DNA of 64,000 nucleotides from Microthyrium microscopicum (Eukaryota): NCBI GenBank assembly GCA_010405405.1, contig MU004237.1, positions 720,191 to 784,190 of the forward strand, read 5' to 3'. Shown piece by piece: positions 50,200 to 62,060 of this stretch (position 1 is its first letter; each line of letters starts with the position of its first letter). The notes under the pieces were generated by a model. It saw only the letters and a program-made list of their open reading frames with translations, ran no database searches and was not told where the DNA came from. The position numbers and the translations under genes were made by a program.

Positions 50200-51353
50200 A
50201 TGAAGTTGACTTCACTCACACTCCTTATCCTGGCGCTGGACGCCACAGCCTCACCGCTCTCCGCAAAACATGCTCTAACCCGCCGCCAGGAAGTGCCCGC
50301 TGCGGCGAAAGAGCCTGCTCCAGCCAAGGAACCTACTGCAGCGAAGGAACCGAAAGCTAGCAAAGGATTCGGCAGCTTCGGAAGTCGATCGAAAGGGAAA
50401 GACACCGCCAAAAGCAAAGACTCCACCAAAAGCAAAGACTCCACCAAACCCAAAGACACTTCCTCCTCTTCAACAACACCCGCATCAACACCAGCAACCT
50501 CATCCTCCAGTGGCGGCCTAGCAGCCCTGCTGGGCAGCAACAACCCACTCACCAACATCATGTCCTCCACCATCTCTGACATGAAAGGCACATTCGCCTG
50601 CAAGTCCGCCGCTCTCCTCTTCGCGCGCGGCACTGGTGAGCCAGGCAACATGGGCTACGTCGTTGGTCCACCGCTCGCAAACTCGTTGCGCAAAGAGGCG
50701 GTTGGCAAGGACTTGTTGATCCAGGGCGTGGATTACAGCACGACATTTACAGGTGGTGGAGCAACGGAGATGGTGAGATTGGTGAAGCTTGGTGTGGAGA
50801 AGTGTCCGCAGATGCGGTATGTGCTGGGCGGGTATAGTCAGGGAGCGATGCAGGTGCATCAGGCGTTGGGACAGTTGGGCGATTTGGGAAGTAAGGTTGC
50901 GGTAAGTGGTATCCAACTGATGAGTAAATGCGTGCTGATTGTTGCAGGCGGCGGTTACGTTTGGCGATCCATATTCGGCTATGGGATTTGGAAGTGGAGG
51001 GATTGTTGGCTCGGTTATGGGTCTTGGTATGCCAATTACCAGAAATACCATAACCGTCAAAGTTCGCTAACTCTAGATATAGGAAAAGCAGGCTCCAGTA
51101 ACTTCAAGCAGGAGAATGGACTTATCATTTGCGGTGGTGCTGTAAGTTTTTGAGACCACAGACATTTGAGAGACACTAACCAACGGTATAGGACTTCGTT
51201 TGTGGAGTAACGCCCAACATTGGTGGAGCAAAGGGTGGTGGAGAGAAATTCTCTGGCAGTGCTTCAAGCAGTCATCTAAGTTATAGTAGCGATGGAAGTA
51301 TTCCGAAAGCCGTTAAGTTTATCGTAGAGCATTTGGAAAAACCAGCCGCCTAA
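50200..51353 (+). CDS. Secreted cutinase (CE5) with low-complexity N-terminal extension
   Basis: Signal peptide, FARGTGEPGNMG, GYSQG (Ser), FGDP, DFVC (Asp), SHLSY (His). Introns 50902-50947, 51027-51076, 51142-51191. Confidence 0.92.
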
Positions 51354-51773
51354 TTCTAGAACTGAGAACATCAAAACATATTTGAATGTTGATCTTGATT
51401 GATTACCTAGATCAAGTAATTGCGAACTGCTACCATCTACAAACTATCTGATGCAATAAAACGTACCTGGTTTTCGGAAGCTTTGGTAGGCCATCTTATG
51501 GATCAGGAAATTGGTGCTTTCGCAAAAGTAAAGAGTTGAATGATATATAAGTAGAGAAAGGTAACATACCAGCCATGATAGTGTTTTGGATTGTCCTTAC
51601 AAAAGATGATGTGGTAGGGGGTTTTGAGTGTGTACCTGGCTTGCTGTGCTGAAAGTAAATGTGAACTAGAATTGTGAGGTATCTCACCCTCGATTGACAA
51701 CGCACCGAATGGTTGTTCTCTTGTGTTGTTCAAATCTCATACCGCCCCGTCTTCCATGGCAAGCAAGTGAGTC

Positions 51774-54229
51774 TTATTCTTCTTCGATTTCGCCCTCCTC
51801 GCTGCCAGACTTGTAGGCCACATCCGTCTCCTTGGACTTAGCTGGTGTTCGCGAGCGGCGACTCGCTGTTGGCGAAAACGTATGCTCGCGACTCGAGCCT
51901 GCTCCGCCACTGCGCACACGCTATTCCAAGAAGTTAGCTGCTGTCCAACAGCGACCACACGCGGAGTTTACGAACCTTGGTTTCTCGTCCTTCGCCCTCA
52001 CTCTCCCGTCTGCGTCGCGTACTTGTCGGCTTGCTCTCGCCATAGTCTAGCTCACTACTGCCAGCATCACGCGGATCCGCACGACTGAGATACGTACGCT
52101 CTCTCTCCGCTTCCCGCTCCCGCCGCTCGCGATCATAATGGCCAGTACTTCTCCTACTTTCACGGCCATCATATCGATCCCCACGATCTCGTGCCGGCTC
52201 ATATCGATCGTCATCACGGCGTCTAGCAGGCGGAGGCGTGACACCAAAGCTGCCACGTCCACCACGTCTCTCACGATCAGCTTGTGCACGCAGTCGATCC
52301 GCTTGGTAAGCATCGACCTCTGCTGGCGAGCGCGAGCGATGGCGACGATCCTTATCTCGACGGGAGGAGCGCTGGCGGTCAGAGGTAGTTTCCGCATCAC
52401 GCTCCTTAAGACGTCGGATATGCTTGTCAAAGGCCTGGCGGCGCAAGTCATCAGTATCAAGAGCGCGGAACTCATCTGATTTTTCAATACGGGTCCGCAC
52501 AGAGTCCCAAGAGTCGAACGCGGCGACCGGGGGCTCAAGATGTTTAATCTTTGAGCGGAGGGCGTCAATAGCGCGGCGTTGGGAGTGGCGGTCTTCGTCA
52601 GAACGACGGACGACTTTTTCGCGCAGGCGGTCGAAGATTTGGCGCATGGAGTCTTGGTCGATGGTTGCTGTGCGGCGATCAGTTTGCATAACGGCTAGGA
52701 AGTCTTCAAAGGAGGTCTTTTGAGTGAGTTCGTATCGCTTATCCTATGAAGTGTTAGTCTGCGGTTTGGAAGGTTCATGGTGTGACATACCTCTAGGACA
52801 TCTAGTGCATTGTTTCGTTTGCTTCGTAGTCCACGATCCTCTTCTTCAACCACGTCCCAGAACAAATCCAGCGGCGTGGATCCGGCTTGACCCAACATTG
52901 CAACATACCGGGGGTCGTCTTCAATCAAATCATGAATATCGGTCCATTTCGAGCCAGCTTTGATTTTGCCTGCAGAACGTAGATCTTTTAGTAGTTCCAT
53001 GTACTTGTCTCGATTTTGACGTTCTTGCCTAGCTTTTAGAGCTTTTGATTTCTGGCGCTTGTCATTGAAGTTTCGTTCCAGAGCCTTGATGTGATTTTCA
53101 AAAGCCTTGAGGACGTCAATCTTGTTCAAGGATTTGAAAGTTTCATCACCTCTGAATCGATCATTCTGCTGGAGGGCTTTGTGCGCCTCTGTCCATCGCG
53201 TATAAGGTTCCAAGTCCAGGGACTGAAGAAGATGGACAAGTTGGTCCAGGGCGGATTTACGTTTGTCTGATTCACCCTCATTATGTGCTTTGAGCAGTTC
53301 GGTCCTAAATTCATTGAAAAGAGCCTGTGCTTCATCATCTGAGCGAGCAGCACGGAATGTGGTCTCACCCTCGATTATAGAACGAGCAGATTTCCAACGA
53401 GTATAGTGCTTGATCTCATCCGGATGGCTTCGAAGCATTTGAAAGAAGTTCTCACGAAGCTTGACTTGACGCTCCTTTTCGCGACCCTTCTCTTGAGCGC
53501 GTACATCAGCAATGTACTTTTCGAACGCAGCCTTTCTATCTTTCGGGTCCTTAATGGAGCGGTACTGTGAGTCCCGAACCGTGGCCTTCATTGCCTGCTC
53601 CCATGACCAATCTGGCTGGACACCTGTTCTTCGCAATAGCTTGTGAAATATAGACTCGGCTTCTTCGGGGGAATGGTCGTTGTCAGTTTGTGTAGGCATG
53701 GCGGTATTACGTACCCCTTCGTAGGGACGATCATTATGCTGTCGATCATATCCATGGTCATCGCGATCGTGTGGTCGGTAGGAATCTACTTGGTACTGTC
53801 CGCCAGCTACAAACGAACTGATCATTTGTCAGAAAATGCCATGATTTAATGGGAAAGAGACTTACGGAGCGGCTGGTCTAGCAGGTATAGGCTGAACCGG
53901 TGTGTGCGACTGCGCTGGAGTTTGCGGTTGAGCATTCTTCAAAACATCAGGCATCTCCCAGGTTGTCTGCTTAGTTTCAGCATTGTGCCAGTACTTTCGG
54001 CCATTGGCAGAGTATTCTTTCCATGGCGACTCGGCTAATGCTCTCTGTGATGGTCTGGTCAGTATACAGTCAATAGAAAACGATATGGGACTTGTACCTC
54101 TGCAGGAGAGAGCATGTCGGCAGGCTTACTCCATGATGTGGCTTTCGTCTGAGTATTGTAATAATATACGCGTCCATCGGCAGCATGCGCTTCTTGCCAT
54201 AGTCCTGGCTGGGCGGGTAGACCGTTCAT
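51774..54229 (-). CDS. PRP40: U1 snRNP factor Prp40 (WW and FF domains)
   Basis: WQEAHAADGRVYYYN..TSWSKP and a second WW domain, FF repeats, GQAGSTPLDLFWD, tail SEEGEIEEE*. Four introns. Confidence 0.93.
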
Positions 54230-54574
54230 GGCGACGATGGCGGTGGATGGAGGTTGGCGAACTTGACAGAAATGTTTTCTGGTCGTGAGCGAGCATCAGC
54301 AAGTCAGGAAAGTTTACAGTAGTGAAACCGAGAGACCGAGCAGCTCTCAAGCTGGTTAAAGTTCGGGTAAACTGCTGCTAGCCCTGTCCAAGGAGCAGGG
54401 GCTATCCCAGTCAGCTGCTAGACAAGGGGGCTACAATGGCCGAAATCGCGGTCTATTTTCGACTAAATTTGGAGCTTAGTTTCCACTGACTGTGGGAGTT
54501 GTGGATGAGTCCAACTTATATCTTTCCTCTCCTCACCCTCACCTTCTTTTTCCCTCTTTCCTCATACATTCAAC

Positions 54575-56040
54575 ATGCAGTCGCTGTCTAGAAGACTGCT
54601 TCGGCAGGGTCTTTCAAGCGCGAGCTCTTTATCTTCAAAGCCTATTGCTTCTGCTTTCCTTCCAAGAAGCTATAGCATTCATGCGGATCATGCTACTCCA
54701 AGACTTCAAGATATGGATGCTTCGAGATTGGGAGTCACAAGAACTCTGGATCCAAAGCCGCTGAAGGCTCCGGAGGACCTCATCTTTGGCCAATCCTTCT
54801 CAGGTGGGTCTCATTGCCATTGCGGCGCTGAAATACAACTTCATGCTAACTCGGCAATTTATAGACCACATGCTTGTCGTTGAATGGACAGCTGTAGACG
54901 GCTGGCTTCCTCCGCGAATAACTCCCTACCAAAACCTTTCTCTCGATCCTGCGACCTGCGTATTCCACTATGCATTCTGTGCCTTCGAAGGCATGAAGGC
55001 TTACAAAGATGCCAGCGGCAATGTACGACTCTTCCGGCCGGAGAGAAACATGGCGCGTCTAAACAAATCTGCCGCTCGTATTGCTCTTCCCACATTCGAC
55101 GGAGCTGCTCTCACACAAATGATTGCGCGATTATGCCACATTGATGACCGATTCATTCCCGAGTATGTTTTTCAATCCGAGCCGCGAATTTCCGCTGTTT
55201 GCCGAGATTCTTGTTTACTGATTGCGTATTTTGACTCACAGGAAGCGTGGTTACTCATTGTACATACGCCCTACCATAATTGGAACACAAAACACACTTG
55301 GGGTAGGTCCTCCGGGATCGGCCTTACTGTACGTGATTGCTAGTCCCGTTGGTCCATACTATCCTACTGGCTTCAAGGCTATCTCGCTTGAGGCTACGGA
55401 CTATGCTGTTCGAGCTTGGCCCGGCGGTGTAGGTGACAAGAAACTAGGAGCTAACTATGCGCCGTGTATCGTACCGCAGCAACAAGCGGCCAGTCGAGGT
55501 TTTCACCAGAACCTATGGTTGTTTGGAGAAGAGGAATACATCACTGAAGTAGGAACCATGAATCTCTTTGTTGCGATCAAAGGCAAGGACGGCGTTGACG
55601 AGCTTGTCACTGCTCCTCTCGATGGAACGATTCTTGAGGGTGTCACTCGTGACTCTGTCCTGGAGCTCGCACGGGAAAGACTTGCTCCCAAGGGCTGGAA
55701 GATCAGTGAGCGCAAGATGACCATGCATGAACTCGCGGAGGCCAGCGATGAAAATCGATTGCTGGAAGTCTTTGGTGCTGGAACTGCAGCTGTCGTCAGC
55801 CCAATCCGAAACATCTCATGGAAAGGCAGACTCGTATCTTGTGGCCTCGAAGATCATTCTGAGGCTGGTCCACTCACCCAACAGATCAAAGATTGGATTG
55901 AGGACATACAAACCGGCGTGACAGAGTCGCCCTGGAGGTAAGTCATTCGGTCTTCCCGCCCGCAGAGCGAGTCATGTACTAACCATATATTTAGTGTTCT
56001 CGTTGAAAACGGTGATATCGTGCCCAGTAAGACGACCTAG
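54575..56040 (+). CDS. BAT1: Mitochondrial branched-chain amino acid aminotransferase
   Basis: Presequence, FEGMKAY, LYIRP, KKLGANY (PLP Lys), [24 protein letters not shown]. Introns 54804-54864, 55163-55241, 55938-55994. Confidence 0.95.
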
Positions 56041-57020
56041 AGCTGCTACGGGTCCTTTTCAAACGGAATTTTCTGCTGGTATTGTGGCTGGGAGTTGTTG
56101 ATACTGTAGGCTAGCCAGGCGGAGTATGGTATTGTTTTCTATTGTTGCCAGCGTTGATAGAGTTTTGACTCACGGGAGTTTTAGAATGTGCTACCTATTA
56201 GGAAAGGCCTAACTCCTGAATTCTAACCATTACCTATGACTACTGCAATTTCTGTGCCATTTTGATAGTTCAGCGAGTTCATCGGACGTCCACCGTCTTC
56301 TGATCGGCCTGGTCGTGCCAGTACATTGCTAGAGGCGAGTCTACGCTCCACAGCTCGTCCCAGCTAGCAAGACTGAGCTCGATTTTGGGAAAACCCTGGT
56401 GTCAGATGTCTATATGGCAGGACAACAACCTAAATATCATTTAATAGAATGTTCCCATCCGCTCCGATGTCCTCCATCCTTCACATTCTTTTATCGAGTA
56501 TTTAATGTCCCAAAGAGGTCGCTCCGTTCTTGACATTTAATTCCATACGATGGGAAACACGGCATCCTATGTTTAGTTGCCTTGCTGGGAGCCATCTGCA
56601 GCAGTTGAAGTGGGTCATTTCCCCATCTCAATTCAGAGCCTTTTGCTCTCATCAAAGCCTCGAATGGACAATGAAGTTGTTTGACGGGCGTTATTACCTA
56701 AGTTGTGGACACGCATCGATCCTTCTCTTGACGGTAGTATCTATCTATGTTTTTGGCAGGCACGTTCCTAGACCCTCCCGGTCGCTTCTCTCTTCTTCGT
56801 CGCGACTGCCTGTTCCACCCTTGACTACCCATCAACGCCTACCACTTCTGGCAGGTTCTTCTACCACAGTTTCCATCAGACACCCATCGCAACTTCCAGC
56901 CCTTCAATATTTGCCACTGTCCAGGTGACTCGCAAAATGCATAAAACCCCCTCATCTCTCGACCTCGACTCTGCCTCCCTCTCCACCTCCCTCCATCATC
57001 TACTCGATGCTATTGTTAAA

Positions 57021-57540
57021 GTCTTTATGTTCGCGATTACTCTTCTACTCTATGTTTCACCTCCAGCGCGCCAGAGCGTAACTAAATCCTTCCAGCCATG
57101 CCAAAGGCTGGGCCGGGACGTCATCGGCGGGACGACGTGACGTTGTCTCACCGAATCTCAGGTGCCGGCGTCTCACCGAATCTCAATCAGGTTCCGTTGT
57201 CTCGCCGAATCTCAATCAGGAATGGGTGCTCTTTCGCAAATTGGCTGCTCCAGATACCTTCGGGGGGCAAGTCGGATACCCCTTGTGGATGCCTTCATGT
57301 TCGCGATTACTCTTCTTGGGCTGGCTTCCCCGCAAGTGAGCCAGAGCGTAACCAAACCCTTCCAGCCATGCCAAAGGCTGTGGTGGGAAGTCGTTGGCGG
57401 GGACAACTGCAATTGGCTCACCGAATCTCAGGAACCGTCGTCTCACTGAATCTCAATGAAGACGGAGAGAACCATTGAATCCAGGCTCTTCCGCAGGTTG
57501 GACACTCTATTTCCCTCAGTGGCAAGTCAAACACTCTCGA
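57021..57540. repeat. Diverged 270-bp tandem duplication containing TCTCACCGAATCTCA sub-repeats
   Basis: ATGTTCGCGATTACTCTTCT at 57027 and 57297. CCTTCCAGCCATGCCAAAGGCTG at the same 270-nt offset. Confidence 0.85.
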
Positions 57541-57657
57541 GAAATAAACTGGACATCACGAAACTGTTGAGCTCAACTTCCGATTTTGGTATTTGAGGGC
57601 GACGCGGTATTACACAGCCCCCTTCGGCATCAAAACCCCTTCGAATCGTCCATCACC

Positions 57658-58545
57658 ATGGTCCATCACCACATTTGGACAACAATGCGTCTGGATTTCA
57701 GTTCATTGTCCTTCCTTCAAAAGCCATTCAGGTTTGCTCAATTCCATCAGCGCTACACTTCCAACATCCCAGTGCTCTTTCCCAAAGGACATTTTGCCCA
57801 ATTGCCGGCTATTTCACGATGGTTTGAACCAGCTACATTTCATGCTGAGGGCAGCGCCACTCATGCCTCCAAAAAGTTCAATGGCGCCTACTTTGGCACG
57901 CATGGAAACGACATCCACGTTGACATTGAGGTGACATCTCAACGCGATGGCGTCCGCCAATTCAGTCGTGGCAGCAGTCCCTTGTCGGCTTTCATTGCGC
58001 ACACACAGAACTTGACCTCTGTGGGCTCGGCGCAGCAAGTGTACATTGCACAGTCTCCACTAACCAACTTGTCAACAACCTTACAAGCAGATGTGCCTGT
58101 CATGGAGATGCTCACTCAGTCCCAAAACTACCAAGCAGACGTGTATGGCTCGAGCTTGTGGATGGGCTTGCCACCAACGCGAACACCACTACATCGGGAT
58201 CCAAATCCGAATCTCTTTGTGCAACTGGCTGGACGCAAGCGATGGCGCCTCATTTCACCAAGCATCGGTGAGCAGGTGTTTGCAGCTGCAAGTCGAGGCA
58301 GTGCAACGATCAGAGGAGAAGACATGATGGTTGGGAAGGAGGGTGACTATTTAGATGATGTGGTTTGGAGAGGCGGAGGCGAGGGCGACACTGCTCAGGG
58401 CTTTGAGGCCGACTTGGAAGAGGGAGACGGGATTTTTGTTCCTCTTGGCTGGTGGCATTCAGTACGAGGAGAAGGTGCAGGAATTAACGCTTCAGTCAAT
58501 TGGTGGTTCAGATTTCGCCAGCCAAAACCAAACCATCAATCATAA
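57658..58545 (+). CDS. JmjC/cupin-like 2-oxoglutarate-Fe(II) oxygenase
   Basis: YIAQ, SSLWMG..TPLHRDPNPNLFVQLAGRKRWRL (HxD), GDGIFVPLGWWHSV (distal His), NASVNWWF. Confidence 0.88.
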   Translation: MVHHHIWTTMRLDFSSLSFLQKPFRFAQFHQRYTSNIPVLFPKGHFAQLPAISRWFEPATFHAEGSATHASKKFNGAYFGTHGNDIHVDIEVTSQRDGVRQFSRGSSPLSAFIAHTQNLTSVGSAQQVYIAQSPLTNLSTTLQADVPVMEMLTQSQNYQADVYGSSLWMGLPPTRTPLHRDPNPNLFVQLAGRKRWRLISPSIGEQVFAAASRGSATIRGEDMMVGKEGDYLDDVVWRGGGEGDTAQGFEADLEEGDGIFVPLGWWHSVRGEGAGINASVNWWFRFRQPKPNHQS

Positions 58546-59495
58546 CGTTGCCTTCGTCATTGCATTGCGGTTTTTTCATTCTCGTTATGGTACTTTTGCC
58601 TTGCATGTAACGATAGCAGATTACAAAAAAACTGAGGAGTATAAAAAAATGTCTTCATGCACGACTAAGGTTCTTTCGAAGGGACAAAAGTAGCTTCGCT
58701 GCCTTGCGACGTTGAAGGAATATATGCACTCCCTCTCTTTTCATGCTCGGAATGGATGGCACCGGATCTTTCCACAGCTCTAGTCCCTGTATTGGGGAGT
58801 CATCTTGCATCCACTATCGCATTTCCGAGCGGTTAAGTTCCAGTTCAATCTCCCTCGATTCAGGCACCTTTATGTTAAACCATGGAAAGTTCAATACGTA
58901 TACGTATACCAACTGGTCGTAGACAACTGTGTAAAGGGCGCAAAGCTGGAACATCTCCTTCCCATCTGCATCAAACTTTGGCGGCGGGTCGTAGGGGAGT
59001 TCGACAGAGTATGATATGAACTGAAAATATATATGTGGCAGTAAAGCTTCGAGGTATTCGGCTGTGCTCCTGTGGATGATGAGTTTTCTTCTTTCTGGTG
59101 ACTTTCGGGTTCGATAGGATGCTTACCGGAGATGCCAGTCTTCAGCTACCTCCTTTGCTGTAGCCATGTGCAGAACTCCGTTTGGTTTGATAGATTCGTC
59201 GGCTAAGTTTGCATCTGCGTCCAGTAAGTATCTCAAGAACTGGTTCCCTTGGAACATGCGACTGACCTTCAGGATACTCAAGATCTGGATTGTATTCCGG
59301 TTCTGGGCAATATATAAACCCCGTCTGTCCTTTTGGCGGGCAGTGTATAAAAGACTCTTGTGGTTTTAAGATGACCTTCCATCTCTTCTGCTTGGTGATA
59401 AGCAGTTCGTGCTCATGCTCATGTTCGTGTTCGTGGTCGTTACACCATCGCATGTCGATCTCTGGCGCCATCATGGCATGGAAGGTGGAATATCC

Positions 59496-60560
59496 CTACT
59501 TTTCTAGACCTCTGGCCTTGACGAATTTTGCGATTGGCTCTTTGCATAGCGACTCTTTATACCCGTCCCATATTTCATATAGAGAAATTAGTTCTTGCGT
59601 GATGTCTACCATGGCTTCGACATCGACTTTGCTCTCCGCGATCCAATTTAGCGCCTTCTGCACGCGATTGGTTGCACTTCCACCTCCAACACCACCCAGG
59701 CTCCCGAGGGCGCCGGCTACGCTCGCGGAGGAGGCTTGCATGGAGCCGCCTTGGGTTGGCTTCATGACAATCGCGAGGAAGGCGGCTGTCACGGCGATGG
59801 TGTATGGTGCATGCAGCAGGGGCAGGTCAGTCAGGTAGTGGTCGTTGATGATGTTCCAGGCGAGTGACATCTCGTCGAGTGATAGGCTGAGTGTTTGGGC
59901 GTGGTTTTCTTTGAGCTCGGTTAGACTGCGATAGGGATGGTGGACGAGGAGTTGGGAGTTTAGTTCAGATATTATGGAGAATTCGCATTCTCCTAACTGG
60001 GAGGGCTCGGAGGTTGTGACATCGGGCCAGAGTTGGCGGGATTCACCTCGGGATTGTTAGTCTAGGATCTGGTTGAAGGAAGTGTGGAGGATGTATATCT
60101 TCATTGAAGATGACGAGGCTTGGATGGGAATCGTGCTTGGCAATTCTCGTTGTAGGGATGTACGTACCAGCGACAAGACGAATATGTTGTGGGCATTCTT
60201 CCATTTTGCAGGCCAGATAGAAGGCGGTAGAAAGAACGAGATATGGATTGGTTCGTCTGATTTCAACTTTGGCGTAATATCGGCGCATGTATACTTGCGC
60301 AGTCGCGAGTGCTTGTTGTCTGATGGACATTCGCTTTGCGAGTTTTCCAAGTTCTTTCAAATATGTCAGCGTGGTTCTTCCTAACTAGAGTATAACTCAC
60401 GGATGGAAAAGTAGATGTTCAAGAGTCTTGGATCGGGCAAGGCATGTTGATTAACCAACAGACGCTCCACATCCTGTAGCTCTTGATGCATACGTTGAAT
60501 CTCAGGTCGAGTGAAGGTCCAGAATTTCTGTTGGGTTGAGCCCCAATAGCTTGCTGCCAT
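59496..60560 (-). CDS. SSN8: Cyclin C, Mediator kinase module subunit
   Basis: [56 protein letters not shown]. Introns 60354-60400 and 60047-60167. Confidence 0.95.
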
Positions 60561-61297
60561 TACTATCCTAGCTGGAGATGGATTTGCTGTTAGATGAATG
60601 AATATTCGGATGATGGCTTAGAGGAGTAGAATAGCGAGCGATGTCACGATGTTGAGTGAGGCTCGCCAATTCATGGGCGCTTAATCCTACAGCCCAGCCA
60701 CCCGAGCCTACCGGACCTTGCAGATCTGAGTTCTAATTACAGAACGTATACTCGAGATTCTATCCATCATAGCAAGATCAAGTAGCTTTGATGGTAATCG
60801 AGTCGTCGAAAGTGTCAACTGCTAAGGACGAACGAGGACGAAGTGAAGTTGCAGCAAGCGCAGTTCACGAGCCCCTTTCTGGCCCGTGCAATCGCCCCTT
60901 TTCTGTTGTTCGTTGTCTCCAGCATTATTTTTAAAGTGATCCTTCCTTCATCCTCAATGCCGAGCGATCAAAATAGCTCTCCTCGTGCTCGTACCTTTCC
61001 AAGCAGAAAAACGTCAGTTGTTACGTCTTTCTGATGACAACTTCATGTACATCCGTCAGGACTGTAGGGATAGGTCTAAATATGGCGACCATGGAGACTG
61101 CCGCCAAGAAGCCCAGCGTAACCTTCTCTTCAAAGACAGTCATATCATGGTAAAATGTATATAAAGAGTGCTTTCCTACAGATAAGTGGCATTCATTCAA
61201 ACAACATCAATATCAACATTATCAATTCATCATTACTACCAGCTATCACTTTATCTTATCTACCAAACACTCGGCTCATTTTAACCACTCTTTCAAT

Positions 61298-61865
61298 ATG
61301 AAGTTCATCGCACCAATTGTTTCTTCCCTTGCTCTAGTGGCTTCAGCAGCAGTCATCGAACGAGCTCCAGTTGTCGATGCACCGGGCTATTATGTCCATG
61401 ACGCGAATACTGGAGTCACGGAGTTCTTCCCAAAGAGGGACTTGCAAAATCTCGCAGCTCGCGACACGGCTTCAGCACAGTGGACTGAGACCAAGTGCAT
61501 TGATGCCGTGGGCGATAGAGGCGAGAACGATAGATCCAAGAATGCGCTGCTCGATCAAGGGTTCAGACCCTCCCGCGGTGTGGGAAAGAACCAGTGGTTC
61601 TATGTGAGATCTCTTTCAGGAAATTCACTGTCACTGAGAGCTAATGAGAGTCTTGCAACAGGCCTTTGATGGTCGCACCGTCTCCTTTCTTTGCTCTTAC
61701 GGCGGTAATGTCGTCTCAGAGGGGGCTTTCAATGATGCCTTTGATGCTGTCTATCGCGCCTGTGGAAATCGTCATGGTCATCAAGAGTTTGGCAAAGACT
61801 TTTATATCGGACACACCTTCCGAGGTGACCACTTCTGCGCCGGTGACTTTCACCCTTCTAAATAG
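61298..61865 (+). CDS. Small secreted protein, 169 aa, 4 Cys (effector candidate)
   Basis: Signal peptide MKFIAPIVSSLALVASA, KR and LAAR pro-region sites, intron 61604-61661, TATAAA about 140 nt upstream. Confidence 0.85.
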
Positions 61866-62060
61866 GCTGTCGAAGCACTGGATTCTGAGTTGATGGTGCG
61901 AGTCGGAGGAGGAGCGGTAAAGAAGAAGGTAGTTGGAAATCAGCCTTAAGTGAAGCAATATTATACCAGTTTTCGAGCTATCTTGCGTCAAACGTCAAAA
62001 TATCGGCGCTTGCCAATCTAATTTCACACAGAGCCTATACATATAAACCAACACAGTGTG

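Noticed and set aside
54440..54455. Leu3-type site in the BAT1 promoter
   Set aside because: Spacing is CCG-N6-CGG, not the canonical CCG-N4-CGG.
57146..57216. CRISPR-like repeat-spacer array
   Set aside because: Repeats are about 15 nt with 10-14 nt related spacers, there are no cas genes, and the genome is fungal.
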